From Lingula anatina (lineage: Eukaryota; Animalia; Brachiopoda), in NCBI GenBank assembly GCA_051362555.1, contig CM120642.1, positions 19,654,001 to 19,718,000 on the forward strand: a stretch of 64,000 nt of DNA. Reading direction: 5' to 3'. Both the position numbers and the translations under genes were made by a program. Position 1 is the stretch's first letter. Each line of letters starts with the position of its first letter. The notes under the pieces were generated by a model that was given only the letters and a program-made list of their open reading frames with translations, made no database searches and was not told the DNA's origin. Of the stretch, positions 12,448 through 24,905 are shown one piece after another.

Positions 12448-13602
12448 TTACATATATGAATGACTATATGGATTATCAAAATAACATGAGTAGGAAACGG
12501 CTGTTTTACGAGCGTGGATTGAAAAAATATGAACAACAAAAAGAAATGAAAATTTCAAAAACTTTCAGTCTGTCATAGAGTACTCAAGAAAAAAATTATC
12601 AAACTGAAGTGAATCACCCCAAGAGCTATTCTCTTGGTGCCTGACACTGATACTAGTAAGAAACGCACTTGACAACCCATGTCATTCTGATAAGATATTG
12701 ATACTGAATTGGGTTGTACCCATTCTGGTGAGTCATGGACACGGGCGGCACAAAATATTCTTTACAGAAGATAATGAAAGTACATAATTGTATAATGAAA
12801 GAAAGTAGAACTAAGAACGAAGGAGTGGAATTATAAAAAGTGTAGTAAATGTTGATGACCGGGTGAATTTTTTACCATCTCTCTGTGTCACAAAGATCCA
12901 ATGACTTGCCACTTGAGATTTATTAAGTACAGAATGAGTTTTTAATTTTGTGTAGTCCTGACCGGCTAAGTACAACTTGATCTGAAGGTATTCCTGATCC
13001 ACGAAGGCCGCTGCTGGCTCCGCAAGTCCACGTTCATCTCCCCTAGTTAATCGGAAAGTATGGCATTTATTGAATTATTTAATCCTGTTAAATACTCGCA
13101 TAGAACTTGGCGAACCGCATTTTCACTGTCATGTTTTGAGGCTCGCTGACATTTTGACACCACATTAATGCGCACATTACTATTGCTAAATAACGTTTGT
13201 AACGTAAAATACGGCTTAATAGAGCTTCGAGAGGACAGATGATAAGATTATCGTGTGTCGGGATTACTGTGTTTATATTATTTGTGCAACACTTAATGGA
13301 GACTTCACGGGAGAGCAGCATGATAAGGACGGAAAGAAGAATGGAAGAAAGAATGAAACGAACGAACAGAAAGAAAGATGGTGTATTTCACCACAACTGT
13401 GAGCGATTTACAAGCAGGCGGGCAGCGGGGGGACAGAGAGACAAGCAGGCGGACAGACAGACATACCAATTAGTACATGTTAATATTTTAAAAATAAGCA
13501 TGCGAGCAGACAAAGGGACAAATACACAGCCAGAAGTGACATTAATGTACAGAATTACAGAAGTTCATAGATAGACAGGCGGGTTATCAGGCAGCTTCAT
13601 GA

Positions 13603-13650
<48 letters not shown>

Positions 13651-14955
13651 TGAATGTTGAAATAAATACTACAAATACCGATAATGTACAAACTGAAGAG
13701 GAGCTGAAAGCATGAAATTTCGAGATGGAGAGGGAGAGAGAGAATGAATATTTGGTGAAATAGAGAAAAAAAAACGGATTTTTTCTTGGAATAAAATTTA
13801 GAGTTAACACAGCCCGAAAAGTCGTCTGTGCCCACAATCCAGTCAGTTGAAATGACGGATGAGGTGACGGCGTACAAATGATAAGCGGGATTTCCATTCA
13901 TCTCGACCGAAGGTCACCAAGGTCGTGACCTCGCGTGACACGAGGATGACAGAAAAGCGGCGCATTTAGCGACAAACTTAAACGACATCTACATTTCAAG
14001 AAATTTTTGTCGTTATCTAATAATACTTTCATACTTGATTCCATTGTGACACAAAATATTAATCCAACACAGCAGAATATTTCATTTCGACCAAATAAAT
14101 CATAAACCTTGTCAATAAAGCATTTATCTAAATGAGCCTTGTGCAAAGAAGCATACTTTTTTACAGGTTTTGGGGGTTAGCTCCTAAATTTGCAGTTTTA
14201 CTTTGTATCTAAAGCAAGGAACGTTTTTAGCACTGTTCGCGTCTTTGTCGTATAATTATGTTAAATTTGAATCGACAAATTGGAGTGTAAATGAGTCACT
14301 GACCCCAGAGATATGGGGGCGAATGCAAGCGACATCTGATATCTTTAATGGTGATTGTGCATACATTTTTTATCATCAGAAGCTAGCCGGCTTCCTATTT
14401 AAGTAGCAACAGGCGTGGGAGACCGCACTTGTAGCAGTATGTACGCTTGAATATATCGAGATGCTTGGTGACATGGGTTGACGCGTTTTCTTTTTTCTTT
14501 TTCGTAGGCCTACTTTTAAAACTTTTATCTCCGTATGATATCCGAAAATTCTTACTACATGTACAAACTCCCCCTCTCTCTATCTATGTCGCTCTCTTTC
14601 TCTCATTCCACACAAGAAACACATATAAACGATTTAAAGGATTCTGACACAATTTGCAGGAGTAAACAGAATAACACCCAAAAACAACATTTGGATCACT
14701 TGGGCAAACAGAGGAAAAATGCTCTGACCCTGAACTGAGGGCGGCATTTTTTCGATTATGCTGGGTTTTTTCTGAAGAAACAGACCTACACAAAGTGACA
14801 GCTTATAATCAGGCCACGGAGGCACCTCCCCTGAATTAACTATAAGTAAGCTGACCTCTTGGTTGTTGACGTTACTACAGAAAACACACGCACAGATAGT
14901 TTTATGGGTGTTTTAAATCACGATATGGTGATATACGGCGATAACGTTTTTTACT

Positions 14956-15030
14956 AATATAATATAATATAATATAATATAATATAATATAATATAATAT
15001 AATATAATATAATATAATATAATATAATAA
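14956..15030. repeat. (AATAT)n microsatellite
   Basis: Direct pentanucleotide run. Other microsatellites: (TAA)n ~5738-5773 and ~28477-28528, (AG)n ~13604-13637 and ~20618-20652, (TC)n ~47656-47698, (TG)n ~49244-49281. Confidence 0.95.
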
Positions 15031-18000
15031 TATTGCTCTGATACAGAAAATTGTCTTTTTGCAATGAAGACGTTTAACCTACAGGCTTGATACAAAACAT
15101 GCGCAATATTCCGCGTTACTAACAACGAAGAACGAGCACAAATACTGCACATACGACAAATTTTGTTGACAGTGAATGAAACCAAATGTTTAAGCCGTGC
15201 CTAAAGGTTAACTTAAAAACCATGTCTCGGAACGTCTGGCGCTTCAATGTGTGATTGCAACTGTGCTGTGTTCGCAAAATGTGAAAATCTGTCGGTCCGA
15301 TAACTGCATGGACTTCGACTTTTAAGCCTTTTGTGAATATTTTTTGGATGTTGGGTTGGGGAAAGGGTAGAAACGAAATAGTCTATTTTTGTTGCATTAC
15401 GTGATACGTGATATTATACGCATCCAGATTAAAGTTAAAGCAGTCTGTTGTACCAGCAACTACAATAAAGCCATTTCAACTAATTTTCACTGTCCACATT
15501 TGTTCTTCGAGATAAGTATATTGATTCTGTTGTTTACTGACTGTTAGTGTTTTGTTCGTGTAAAAGGTAGGCCTAACCACACCCAAAGCAGAGAAAAACA
15601 GTAAACTACTCCACATCGTTCTTTTTTTTCTCCTTGCTCTGAAGTTCATTTAGTCTTATTAACGGGATGATGGGGTATCATACATATGATAAATGCCGAG
15701 TTATGTAATAGAGACACTTGCGCTCGGTCGCAATTCGCGATGCTTTCGAGTTACGGAGCCCTGGTCTGACAGAGAAAGATACTGTTAGCATGCCAGCTTA
15801 CAGCGCCTCATACGGCAGCTGGGCTGTGTACATGTACGAGATCGTCCCAATATGTAGTGACCAGGCGTCTAACTGTTTTTTTATACTGCATTAATATAAT
15901 ATAATTCACATAATTGCACCTTAAGTTTCAAATAAACAATATCTAGGGCACAGAAATGAAAGCTCGTTTGATTTTGACTAATTTTTTACCAAATTATTAT
16001 TATTTATTTATCCGGGTTTTTTTTTTATACATCTGATCTCACCTAGATAAATGGATACATAACAGCTGATCTCACTCGGTGTATTCCTTTTCTGTTGTAG
16101 AGAACCTCAGAGTCTGCTATATGCAAATCTGAATGCGTTGTACAACTTATGCTAGGCTTCTCTGCCGCATTTTACTCCCCAATAATGTCTATTCAAGTTT
16201 CAACACCGATTCAACTCCCAGAAAGCATTTCACGATGAGCCACTACTGTTACTTCCCTGAGTTTCACAGATTACTGGAAACTTTTTTTTCTGGCTCCAGC
16301 ATGTCTCTGCTTGTTTCTTTTAATAGAAATGATTTTACTGAAACATCTAAATGCCAGGGTGTGTGTTACCTGTGTGAAAACAAGGAGTTATAACTCCTTG
16401 GTGAAAATAACCTTGGGTAAATGTGTCTTAGTTCGGACCAACTGCACGTGCGTGTTCAGTGTGTGATTTTAGCTGTCATTCTTTAACTTATTGACACCAC
16501 AAATGGACGAACCAAAAAAATACATGCTATTACCGAATGGATCTTGTCTTGGTTTGGGATAAATTATAATTCGGTGAGAAGGCCCTGGGGACTTCTTAAT
16601 GGACGAGTTTGGGATTTGTGCCAAGGAACTGGAAGGTGGGAATGTATTTAATTTATTAAAGTAATGTCAGATAACTAAAATTGCATTAGCGGTCAGAAAA
16701 ACAACAAATGATGCGTTTATGATAATGACACTTTATTTGACCTGAAATCAACTTTCACACACTAAAGGCAGCGCCTTATACAATACCGACAGAGGTCGCC
16801 TTCTGTCAAACAAGACACCATTTTAAATTTACCTCTTTCTCTCCCTCTGAATTTTGACAGAATCTTTCTTTGGGTAGTAATATTGGAGGACGGAAATAGC
16901 TTGATATCGTCATGAGAAAAAGAAAAAAACAAGGTACTCGCCAGTATATATATGGAGAAATGGATTGCTATCAAGATAGGAGTTGAGTTATAAAAGCTTG
17001 TCTGAACACGCATAAGGCCCCAGTTTAAAAAAAAAACAAACAAAAAAACTCAAGTCATTTCCCTGGCTTAGCTGACTAGGATTTCCGAGAGAGTGCTGTT
17101 ACAATGCTCCTGATAGGGTAAGATGTGCCCATGTGACCATGTAACCTTGGTAATTTTAATTTAACTTAAAAGTTCTTAGCCAGGGAACCTGACTTAATTT
17201 TTTTTGTGAAACCGGGGCCAGGTCACAAAACTGATAAAACTGATAACTAGCGCGACCGACCTGTATTTTGAGAAAACCAGATTTTTTTCGTACCTATATT
17301 TTTTTTCTAAATGGAGAAAAGTACATTGAGTATTACTTTGGGAAGTGGGTTAAATGTACAAACAAACCAAGGAAAAACTTAAATACAGTTGTATTTAATC
17401 TTTAAAATCACCAGCACTGTGGATTTGACATTACCACCCCTTAAATTAAAATGAAAAACACCGATCGACCTTGAAATTTAACTGCTCAGCAGTCCGTTCA
17501 ACATCATATATTAAAAAAAAACATAAATAGTTGTCATTTGCCCACTTCGTCTAGAGAGTCGCTGCTCGTGAATCAATTTTATCTGGCCTTGCAATCTAAA
17601 ACACAAGCACTGATATAAATAGCGTATAAAAAATTGGGACGGACATTTTTTAAAATAAAAAAAATATATATATTATAGCAGTTATCACAAGTATGGCGTA
17701 TGCAAACAGGGACAAAAAGATTTAACATCTAAGTCCACTAAATTACATAAATACATTATAGCAGGCATAGATATACATGTATGGCGTTAGCAAAATAGGA
17801 TGAACATTTCATAACTCTTTGTGGTCGTTTCATACTTGATTCAAAATCATGCATAAAAGCTATAAACACTGTTATTGATATATGAAGTGAGCAAAATAGG
17901 ACGGACATTTCATAGCTCATTCAATTTTTGATTCAATTATTTGATTCAGTATCATGCGTAATAGATTTAGAATACTGTGAAAAATTATTTAATTTCAATA

Positions 18001-18278
18001 CTCCTTTTGATAAAAGCAAAAGTAGAATAACCAAAATTGTCTTCAAAAGTTTCAATCTATGACATAGTTTTTAAAAACAGTACGCAGGTATTTAATCAAA
18101 ACAAAAGAGTTTTCCTTATTATTGCAATATCAATTGTTTTAAGTGCCAGTCTCTGAAAGGTTCAGAATAGGGTGGCACATGACCCTCTCAGATTTTGCTG
18201 AAAATTATTGTACATTACAGCCGCAAACCAACATAATGGTTTGTTTGCATCACGCTCGGTTGCCATGGTAACAGCACT

Positions 18279-20612
18279 TTAAATTTCTGGGCATCTACAG
18301 CCAAGGCCGCTTTGGTCGATTTCACAAATGGTTTGCACTACTTCCCAATCACAAGGGATGTCGCTCCACTGTCCGCTGTCTGCTGGTTTGAAGCCAACGC
18401 AAAGCTCCGAGGCGAGGTTTGGTTCATGGAGTGCCCAGTTGGTGTAACTTAATGTCGCGTTCCCTTTACTGGAGTGGACGTAATTCTGGTTGTCGCCATC
18501 GTAGTTATAAGCGTCGTGCCAAACGAATTGATGGACCCTACCACCTAAAATGAAAATGGTATTTATTAACATGATGTATCATTATCGCTTTACTTATCTA
18601 TTCAATATTTTAAATACGACCTTTTCAAATAGGCATAAATGGTCATTGTATCATACAAAACTATTTGTTGTGCGTTTTGCCCCCATAACTTAAGTATCTA
18701 TATAGAAACAGAATTACAGGCGATGATGTCAATAAATTTTTAGGTGCATTATCCAATACGGGTCCCTGCATTAACTGAACCGTGTTTAAGCAGATCCGCG
18801 GATATGTTTGTCCGCTGTTTTAGGCTTCGTTCACATGCAATGTCTATTTTCTAAATTCTATTTTCTATTCGCGCTATCTTATGATCACGGTCTGTGTACT
18901 GAATATCCCGCCGCGTATCGCGAGCCAGTTACTATAAGTTACTATAAGTTACTATAAGTAACTGGCTCGCGCTGCCAGTAATTACGCGGCGGGATATTCA
19001 GTACACAGACCGTGATCATAAGATAGCGCGAATAGAAAATAGAATTTAGAAAATAGACATTGCATGTGAACGAAGCCTTAAATGCGCTCAAAGACGAAGT
19101 TTATAATAGTGCAACCCTGTATAGAGTACCAGTGCAATTAGCACAATGCTGTGTTAATTGCCGAAAAAAAAAAGAATGTGTCACGTTAAGTATCAGACTT
19201 ACCGGATGACTGCACCAGCTGCTGTAAGAATACAGTTTCTTCAGCGCTATTGATGGAAACTATATCAGATAGTGGTGATTCCGAACGGCAGTGTGCTCGA
19301 GCAGCGTCGAAAATTATCTGTGTAGCATTGAGTTTATAGCAAGAGCAACCCCATCTAGTATACTCACTTGGGCATGTACAATCTGAAAAAAAAAAAACAT
19401 CGGTGTTTTCAGTGTCTGCATATTAAACTTAAAAGAAGACAGATCGTTTTTAGACACTTTTAAGTCAAATTGCACACTTTGAAAATTCCAGATCTTTGAA
19501 CGTATATTTAAATGAACAACGGGAAACAAGATGGCAGAAAGAAAGAAATGGTCGCAATGAAAGTACTCTTTCGCAAAAATTTTAATAAAAAAACGTGGAT
19601 ATATGACATATATCAGACAACAAAACAGGGCCATAAGAGTAAGGTCTATGACGTAATATGTAATTTCAATCGAACAAAAAAATTAAAAGTCTTTCTTAAA
19701 ACGATTTTGCGATAACGGCTCTGGTCAGGCTGACATTTCTCGTGAAGCAAACAGGATAAAGAAAAAAGAACCAAAATCAATTTCAGCAAAAAGGAAATGC
19801 GCCAACGAATGGCATAATCTAACTTATGCAAACATCAAAGTCAGATCCACGTTTTTTCTGTGGATTCAGCATTAAAAACATTTACCAAAGAACCACTGCA
19901 ATCAACATCAAATTCATCACCCCTTTTAGCCTGAAAATGAGCTGAGACTCATATTTCCAAAACTGTGTGTCAAAGCTGTCCAAAGATCAATATGACTGAT
20001 CGATGATCTTTCCATCTAAGACCAAAGTGCAATCAAACAAAAAAGGCCCTTCATACGTGTGGGATTTGGTGTTGGAATTGTTATCTGTCACTGACAACAA
20101 GCATCGATAAATATAGGCTGAAAAAAATGCTTGGTGGTGGTGGGGGGAGGGTATGAACAATCTACAAATAATGGATTAATTGTATCCCCTGCAATACATT
20201 CATCTAGACACTGACCCCTTCTATGTAAATAAAGACCACTCTCCGTTGTTTGAAATAATCAGGGCAATTTCCATCAACAAACTCCCCTTTTTCAATGGCA
20301 ACCTCTCAAAGGTTTCATGATTTATCAACCTGCGTAAGTGATGTATGTTTGGTCGGGCTCTAGCAGGAAGGAATTTATAAGTGAACTTTTATTTAAGGTT
20401 TATTGGGTTTTTTACTCGGTAAACTGGTATGATTCGAAGAGGCTTCTGTGAAATGTCAAAGATGGGCTGTGTTACATAAATACAAGCGCGTCACTTGTTC
20501 TGATTGTGTCACAGCTTTTTTCTTCAATTGCAATGATAAAGCGGTATGGAGACGTTACAAGTTACACTAAAACTAGCATTAAAGGTAATAGTGGTTCTAT
20601 TGGAAGCAGGCC

Positions 20613-20656
<44 letters not shown>

Positions 20657-21372
20657 AAAGAAAAAGAATCAAGTAGTGAATTCATACATCGTCCTTTGCT
20701 ACAGGTCACTCTACTGGATTGAAACCCGGACTCGGACTAGAAAAAACAAAACGATAAATATGTCACAGATGAGGGAAAATTGGCAACCAGCAGCAGCATG
20801 CCTTTTGTTTACCATTCTATTAATAATCTAAAACAGACAGTTCGACAACAAGATGTTATATATCGTTGAGACGTTGTTCCTATTTGCTTTTTATAAAGTC
20901 AAATTTAAGATAAACAAAACAAAACAAAAAAGATTAAGACATTTATAACCAATATGGAAATTGCTTTCCAAACATAATGTCTAATTATCAAATAAAAATC
21001 AGTTTTAACGTTGATCTAAAACTTACGACGTCAGATATATTTTGAAATACAATTAATTCAAGCACTTACCTTTTCTACATATGAAAACCCGTCGGTGGCA
21101 GTCAAGAACTTCCCATATTCATCTGATGTTGAATTCACTAACTCGCACAAATGGACGCCGTTGTCAGGCTCCCTTTGCCAGTTAAAGCCAAAACAGGAAG
21201 GTTCTTGCGCACATTCCAATGCACAGAATGACTGTGCTCTCACGGACGAACGCTTCATAACTTGTGAGTGGGAAACGTCGTCGCCACACCTGTCTGGAAT
21301 GGAAAAATGAAACGCGGCACTGCTCACCGTCACCAATGCCACCAAAACTGGCAACATTGTTTCTACACCCAT
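18279..21372 (-). CDS. Secreted PAN/apple + C-type lectin domain protein, paralog B (complete, four coding exons)
   Basis: Exons 21372-21070 (signal peptide; PAN motif CALECAQEPSCFGFNW..CELVN..FSYVEK), 20736-20688 (SESGFQSSRVTCSKGR), 19382-19203 (YCTCPSEYTRWGCSCYK..FDAARAHC..DIVSINSAEE) and 18544-18279 (YTNWALHEPN..WSDIPC..TICE..GCRCPEI*). All GT-AG and phase-compatible. Confidence 0.88.
18823..19077. mobile_element. Palindromic PIF/Harbinger-type MITE, copy 1
   Basis: Near-perfect foldback GGCTTCGTTCACATGCAATG...CATTGCATGTGAACGAAGCC with TTA on both sides; centre (GTTACTATAA)x3. Confidence 0.85.
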
Positions 21373-22737
21373 GTTGATGACGGCCTAACTATGAACTCAG
21401 GCTGTACCAAATTGATCAATGTTTTTATCATGACTAAACAGTGATGCTGGGATATGTACAGACGCCAAGGAAACGTCCCATAATGTATGCTGCCCTGTTC
21501 TTTCGTGACAAATTTGGTATTGTTATGTAGGCCATTATTTGTTTTATCTCATACATTATTAATCTTTATTATTATTATCATTATTATTATTATTATTAAT
21601 GACAAATCAGGTATATCGTGGGTACTGCAATGTTTATTGAGTATATTCATCGACGCGACTGAAATTCTTACAATGTGGAAAAATTACCAGTGTCTTGTTC
21701 TGTCGCGTAAACAATTGCAATAAGCATTATTGAAATAGCATAAAATTAGACCCATTCTTGAAAATTTGACCATTCGCCTGCCCCATGGACGGCTTGAGTG
21801 ACAACCCTGGGTATCCGTTATGAGAGAGAGAGAGAGAGAGAGAGTTTTAAAATCATGCAACACGCAAAAAAAAAAAAAAAAAAAAAAAACATCATATAGC
21901 AGAAAATAAAATATGAGAAATTTTCGTTTGAACATCCCTGTCCAAAAGTAAATTACGAATTTAACTCTTTATAGATCTAAACCCCCTCCTCCCCCGAATA
22001 ACAGTAAGCGTTGGCAAATCTCTTCAAAACGCCCTTTGTTGGACAGACAAAGATTTAAAGCAAAGCATTGTTTATGCAGTGTATACTGGCAAAGATGCTA
22101 AGAGCACGTACGGACACTACAAATGCGCGGAGGTGAGTGGGGTCGTTATAACTATCGATTCTCATGCACAAATGCTTTATAATTCCGTCCTTGTGAAAAC
22201 AAAAAAGAGATAGCTATATATAATGGCTGTTTATTTACTTTATAGACCGCCAAAGAAAATGAAAGGCACATTTGTCAGGAAAGTACCCATGTGTTATTAC
22301 CAAAGACAGATAAAAGTGACCTTATTAAGGGTGCACACCGAAGTTTGAAAATCACTGGAAATTCGTCCGTCCATCGTCAACATGTCCCTGCCGTTACCAT
22401 TCAGATGCCCTGGCGGATATGATTTTCATCTATGACGTTATTGCCAAGGGTCTAAAACTCATCACCACTTTTCATTGACTTTCTAATCTCAAAACAGTGT
22501 CAACAAATGTGTTTTAAGATCGATTTTACTCCATTAGGAGCTTCGGTACATGATATTTTGCTTCCAATATTTGTGACACTTGATATTATTTCAGTGCTTT
22601 CAAACCCGAGGATGACAAAGGAAAGTAAAAGAGAATGAAACGTAGAACCATCCGCTTTTACAATCACGGAAATGTACTTTGAATGAATTATTTTGCTTGG
22701 AAAAACGTGACAAGTTCAGAAAATTAAATCAAAACAA

Positions 22738-22860
22738 AAGATTATCCCATTAATTACATAGGCAGATACAGATTTTAGAGCACCTTCCAATTAAAGAAAT
22801 AACTCAGTAAGATTATCCCATTAATTACATAGGCAGATACAGATTAGAGCACCTTCCAAA
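22738..22860. repeat. Local direct duplication, ~71-bp period
   Basis: AAGATTATCCCATTAATTACATAGGCAGATACAGATT(TT)AGAGCACCTTCCAA occurs twice. Confidence 0.85.
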
Positions 22861-23241
22861 CCAAACCAAAGGATTATTCAGAAGTGACGCTTTTATGAAA
22901 AGTATAATAGGGGCCTAAATGCTGATCAAGGGCAATGAAATATGCTCCAAATTGCTCTGTATCTTCAAAAACATACTTCTCAGAGCTATGGGTGGGGAGA
23001 AGGAGGATAACACTCCCTTTTATACGTAATTTTAAGCAGATTTATTTTGTCAAAAGGTGTATAAGAAAAATGCGATAACATACTAGTTTGGTTAAACGAG
23101 TTGTCAGTTTATGATGCGAGTTGTCAATGCCATTGTGAGTTGTTGGCAAATAATAGTATTTGTCTGTGCACACAGTGAATCATAAGTGCCAACTGACAGT
23201 TTTCAGCGTTAACTTTACTCATCGAGTTTGCCGCACTAGCC

Positions 23242-23425
23242 GAGTTGTCTGCAAACAATGCAAGTTGTTGGTAGTCACTGTGAGTTGTCAGCGGGAGTTG
23301 TCTGCAAACAATGCAAGTTGTCGGTGCTCACTGTGAGTTGTCAGCGGGAGTTGTATGCAAACAATGCAAGTTGTTGGTGCTCACTGTGAGTCGTCAGCGG
23401 GAGTTGTATGCAAACAATTCAAGTT
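23242..23425. repeat. 53-bp minisatellite, ~3.5 copies
   Basis: GAGTTGT(C/A)TGCAAACAAT starts at 23242, 23295, 23348 and 23401. Confidence 0.9.
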
Positions 23426-24905
23426 ATTGTTGGTTAATATTGGGAAGAAGTTCTTAAATCGGGCAATTATGGGGCAGGGATGGAACTTTTAGCAATATCA
23501 GAAGTGTTTTCTAGTCAGAGATTGTCAAGGTACGTGGAGAGGGGTGGGAGCTCTTTCGTCCTGAATAACATCTTCAAAGTTTTAAATAGAGCTATTCAGT
23601 TTAAATAATCATTTAATTTATACGTCAATGTGCACAAACCGCGATTTATCTTTACCATGTCGAACGTCCGTTTTCTCTCTCACGCACTCACTTTTGAGAC
23701 AAATAAATGTAACACTGCATGTACATACAAATATTTACTGGATTTATATTATTATATACGTCCAACACAGGTATAAATACACATGTAAAATGTATAAAGA
23801 ATGACAAGTATTTCACCAAGTCGGCAGATACGACGGCAAGACATCTTAAACTCTTTTTATACATCATTTCTTAAAGGCTGAATTTTGAGCATTTCGAAAT
23901 ATTTCCTTTAACGCAAACTTTCACCCTTTTTTAAACGCCTTCAAAGGCCTACATCCAATTGCATTTTCCATATTTCTCTCGCACCACTTCGCCGTTTTAG
24001 TTAAACTTAAACACAGTTTCCGAGTATAGAATGAGGAACATTTAATAGTAACAAATAAAGTTTTACTCTCTTTGATATAAAATTATGCCCCCTATACTTT
24101 AAATAGGTGCCTTTCTTATATTCGTTTTACTTCCTTTAAAAAGACCAATGTTGAGAAGTTGAATGCTGCATATTGGCTGACAACGCATATTTCTTGCACA
24201 AAAGACAGAGTGCATACACACCCTGATACCGAATTGGCGATGTACTGGGATTTCCATTCCAAAATTGGTATTTATTATAGTAGGGAACAATATATTTCAT
24301 AAAAATCTGAGGATGAACGGATTTTTCCTGTACTTCTCACGTCTGCGTGTCGAGAATTAACTACGCTTTGGCCGTATTGGCTCAACTTCTGGCAGTAAGT
24401 GGCAGTTTTACTTATCCTTGTTTACACTGCTTCAGCCTGTGTGCAAACGACTACCTCTTACAAATAAAAACATGCAGTGTTTTCATAAAAGAAACTTATA
24501 TGACCGACAACAAAACATTGAAGATCAGTGAGTAAAATAAACTGTATAAAGCCCACCAGAGACTAAAAAAGAGCCTAGTTAGACATTTCTGGTGCTTCTG
24601 AGTACATAATATACCGTAAAGTTCAGGATATGAACGCAACAAAAAGCAGTGAGCGACTATTCGACAGGGTGCATCTGTTCACAAAATTATTCGAAAAGTT
24701 ACAAAAATAGAGTGCAGAGGCTACAAAATGTGTGAACAACGAGAAATCCATTGCAAGCTCCCCAGACATTTTTTTCGCCGTCACAGGTAACTTTGTGAAC
24801 ATTGTCACGGGTCCCAAAACTTAAGTGATAGACTCTGGCCACGTTTCCAACCTTACATAGGATGTAGATCAGTCACTGCAGTGTCACTCTCTATATTTTA
24901 TCTCC

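Noticed and set aside
15758-15868. Short inverted ends CCTGGTC...GACCAGG as a MITE or structured RNA
   Set aside because: Only a 7-bp match, no clear TSD, and no second copy in the window.
9100-18200. Short ORFs in the intergenic region between the OLF gene and lectin B
   Set aside because: No recognisable domains or consistent splice structure; many overlap microsatellites or a MITE.
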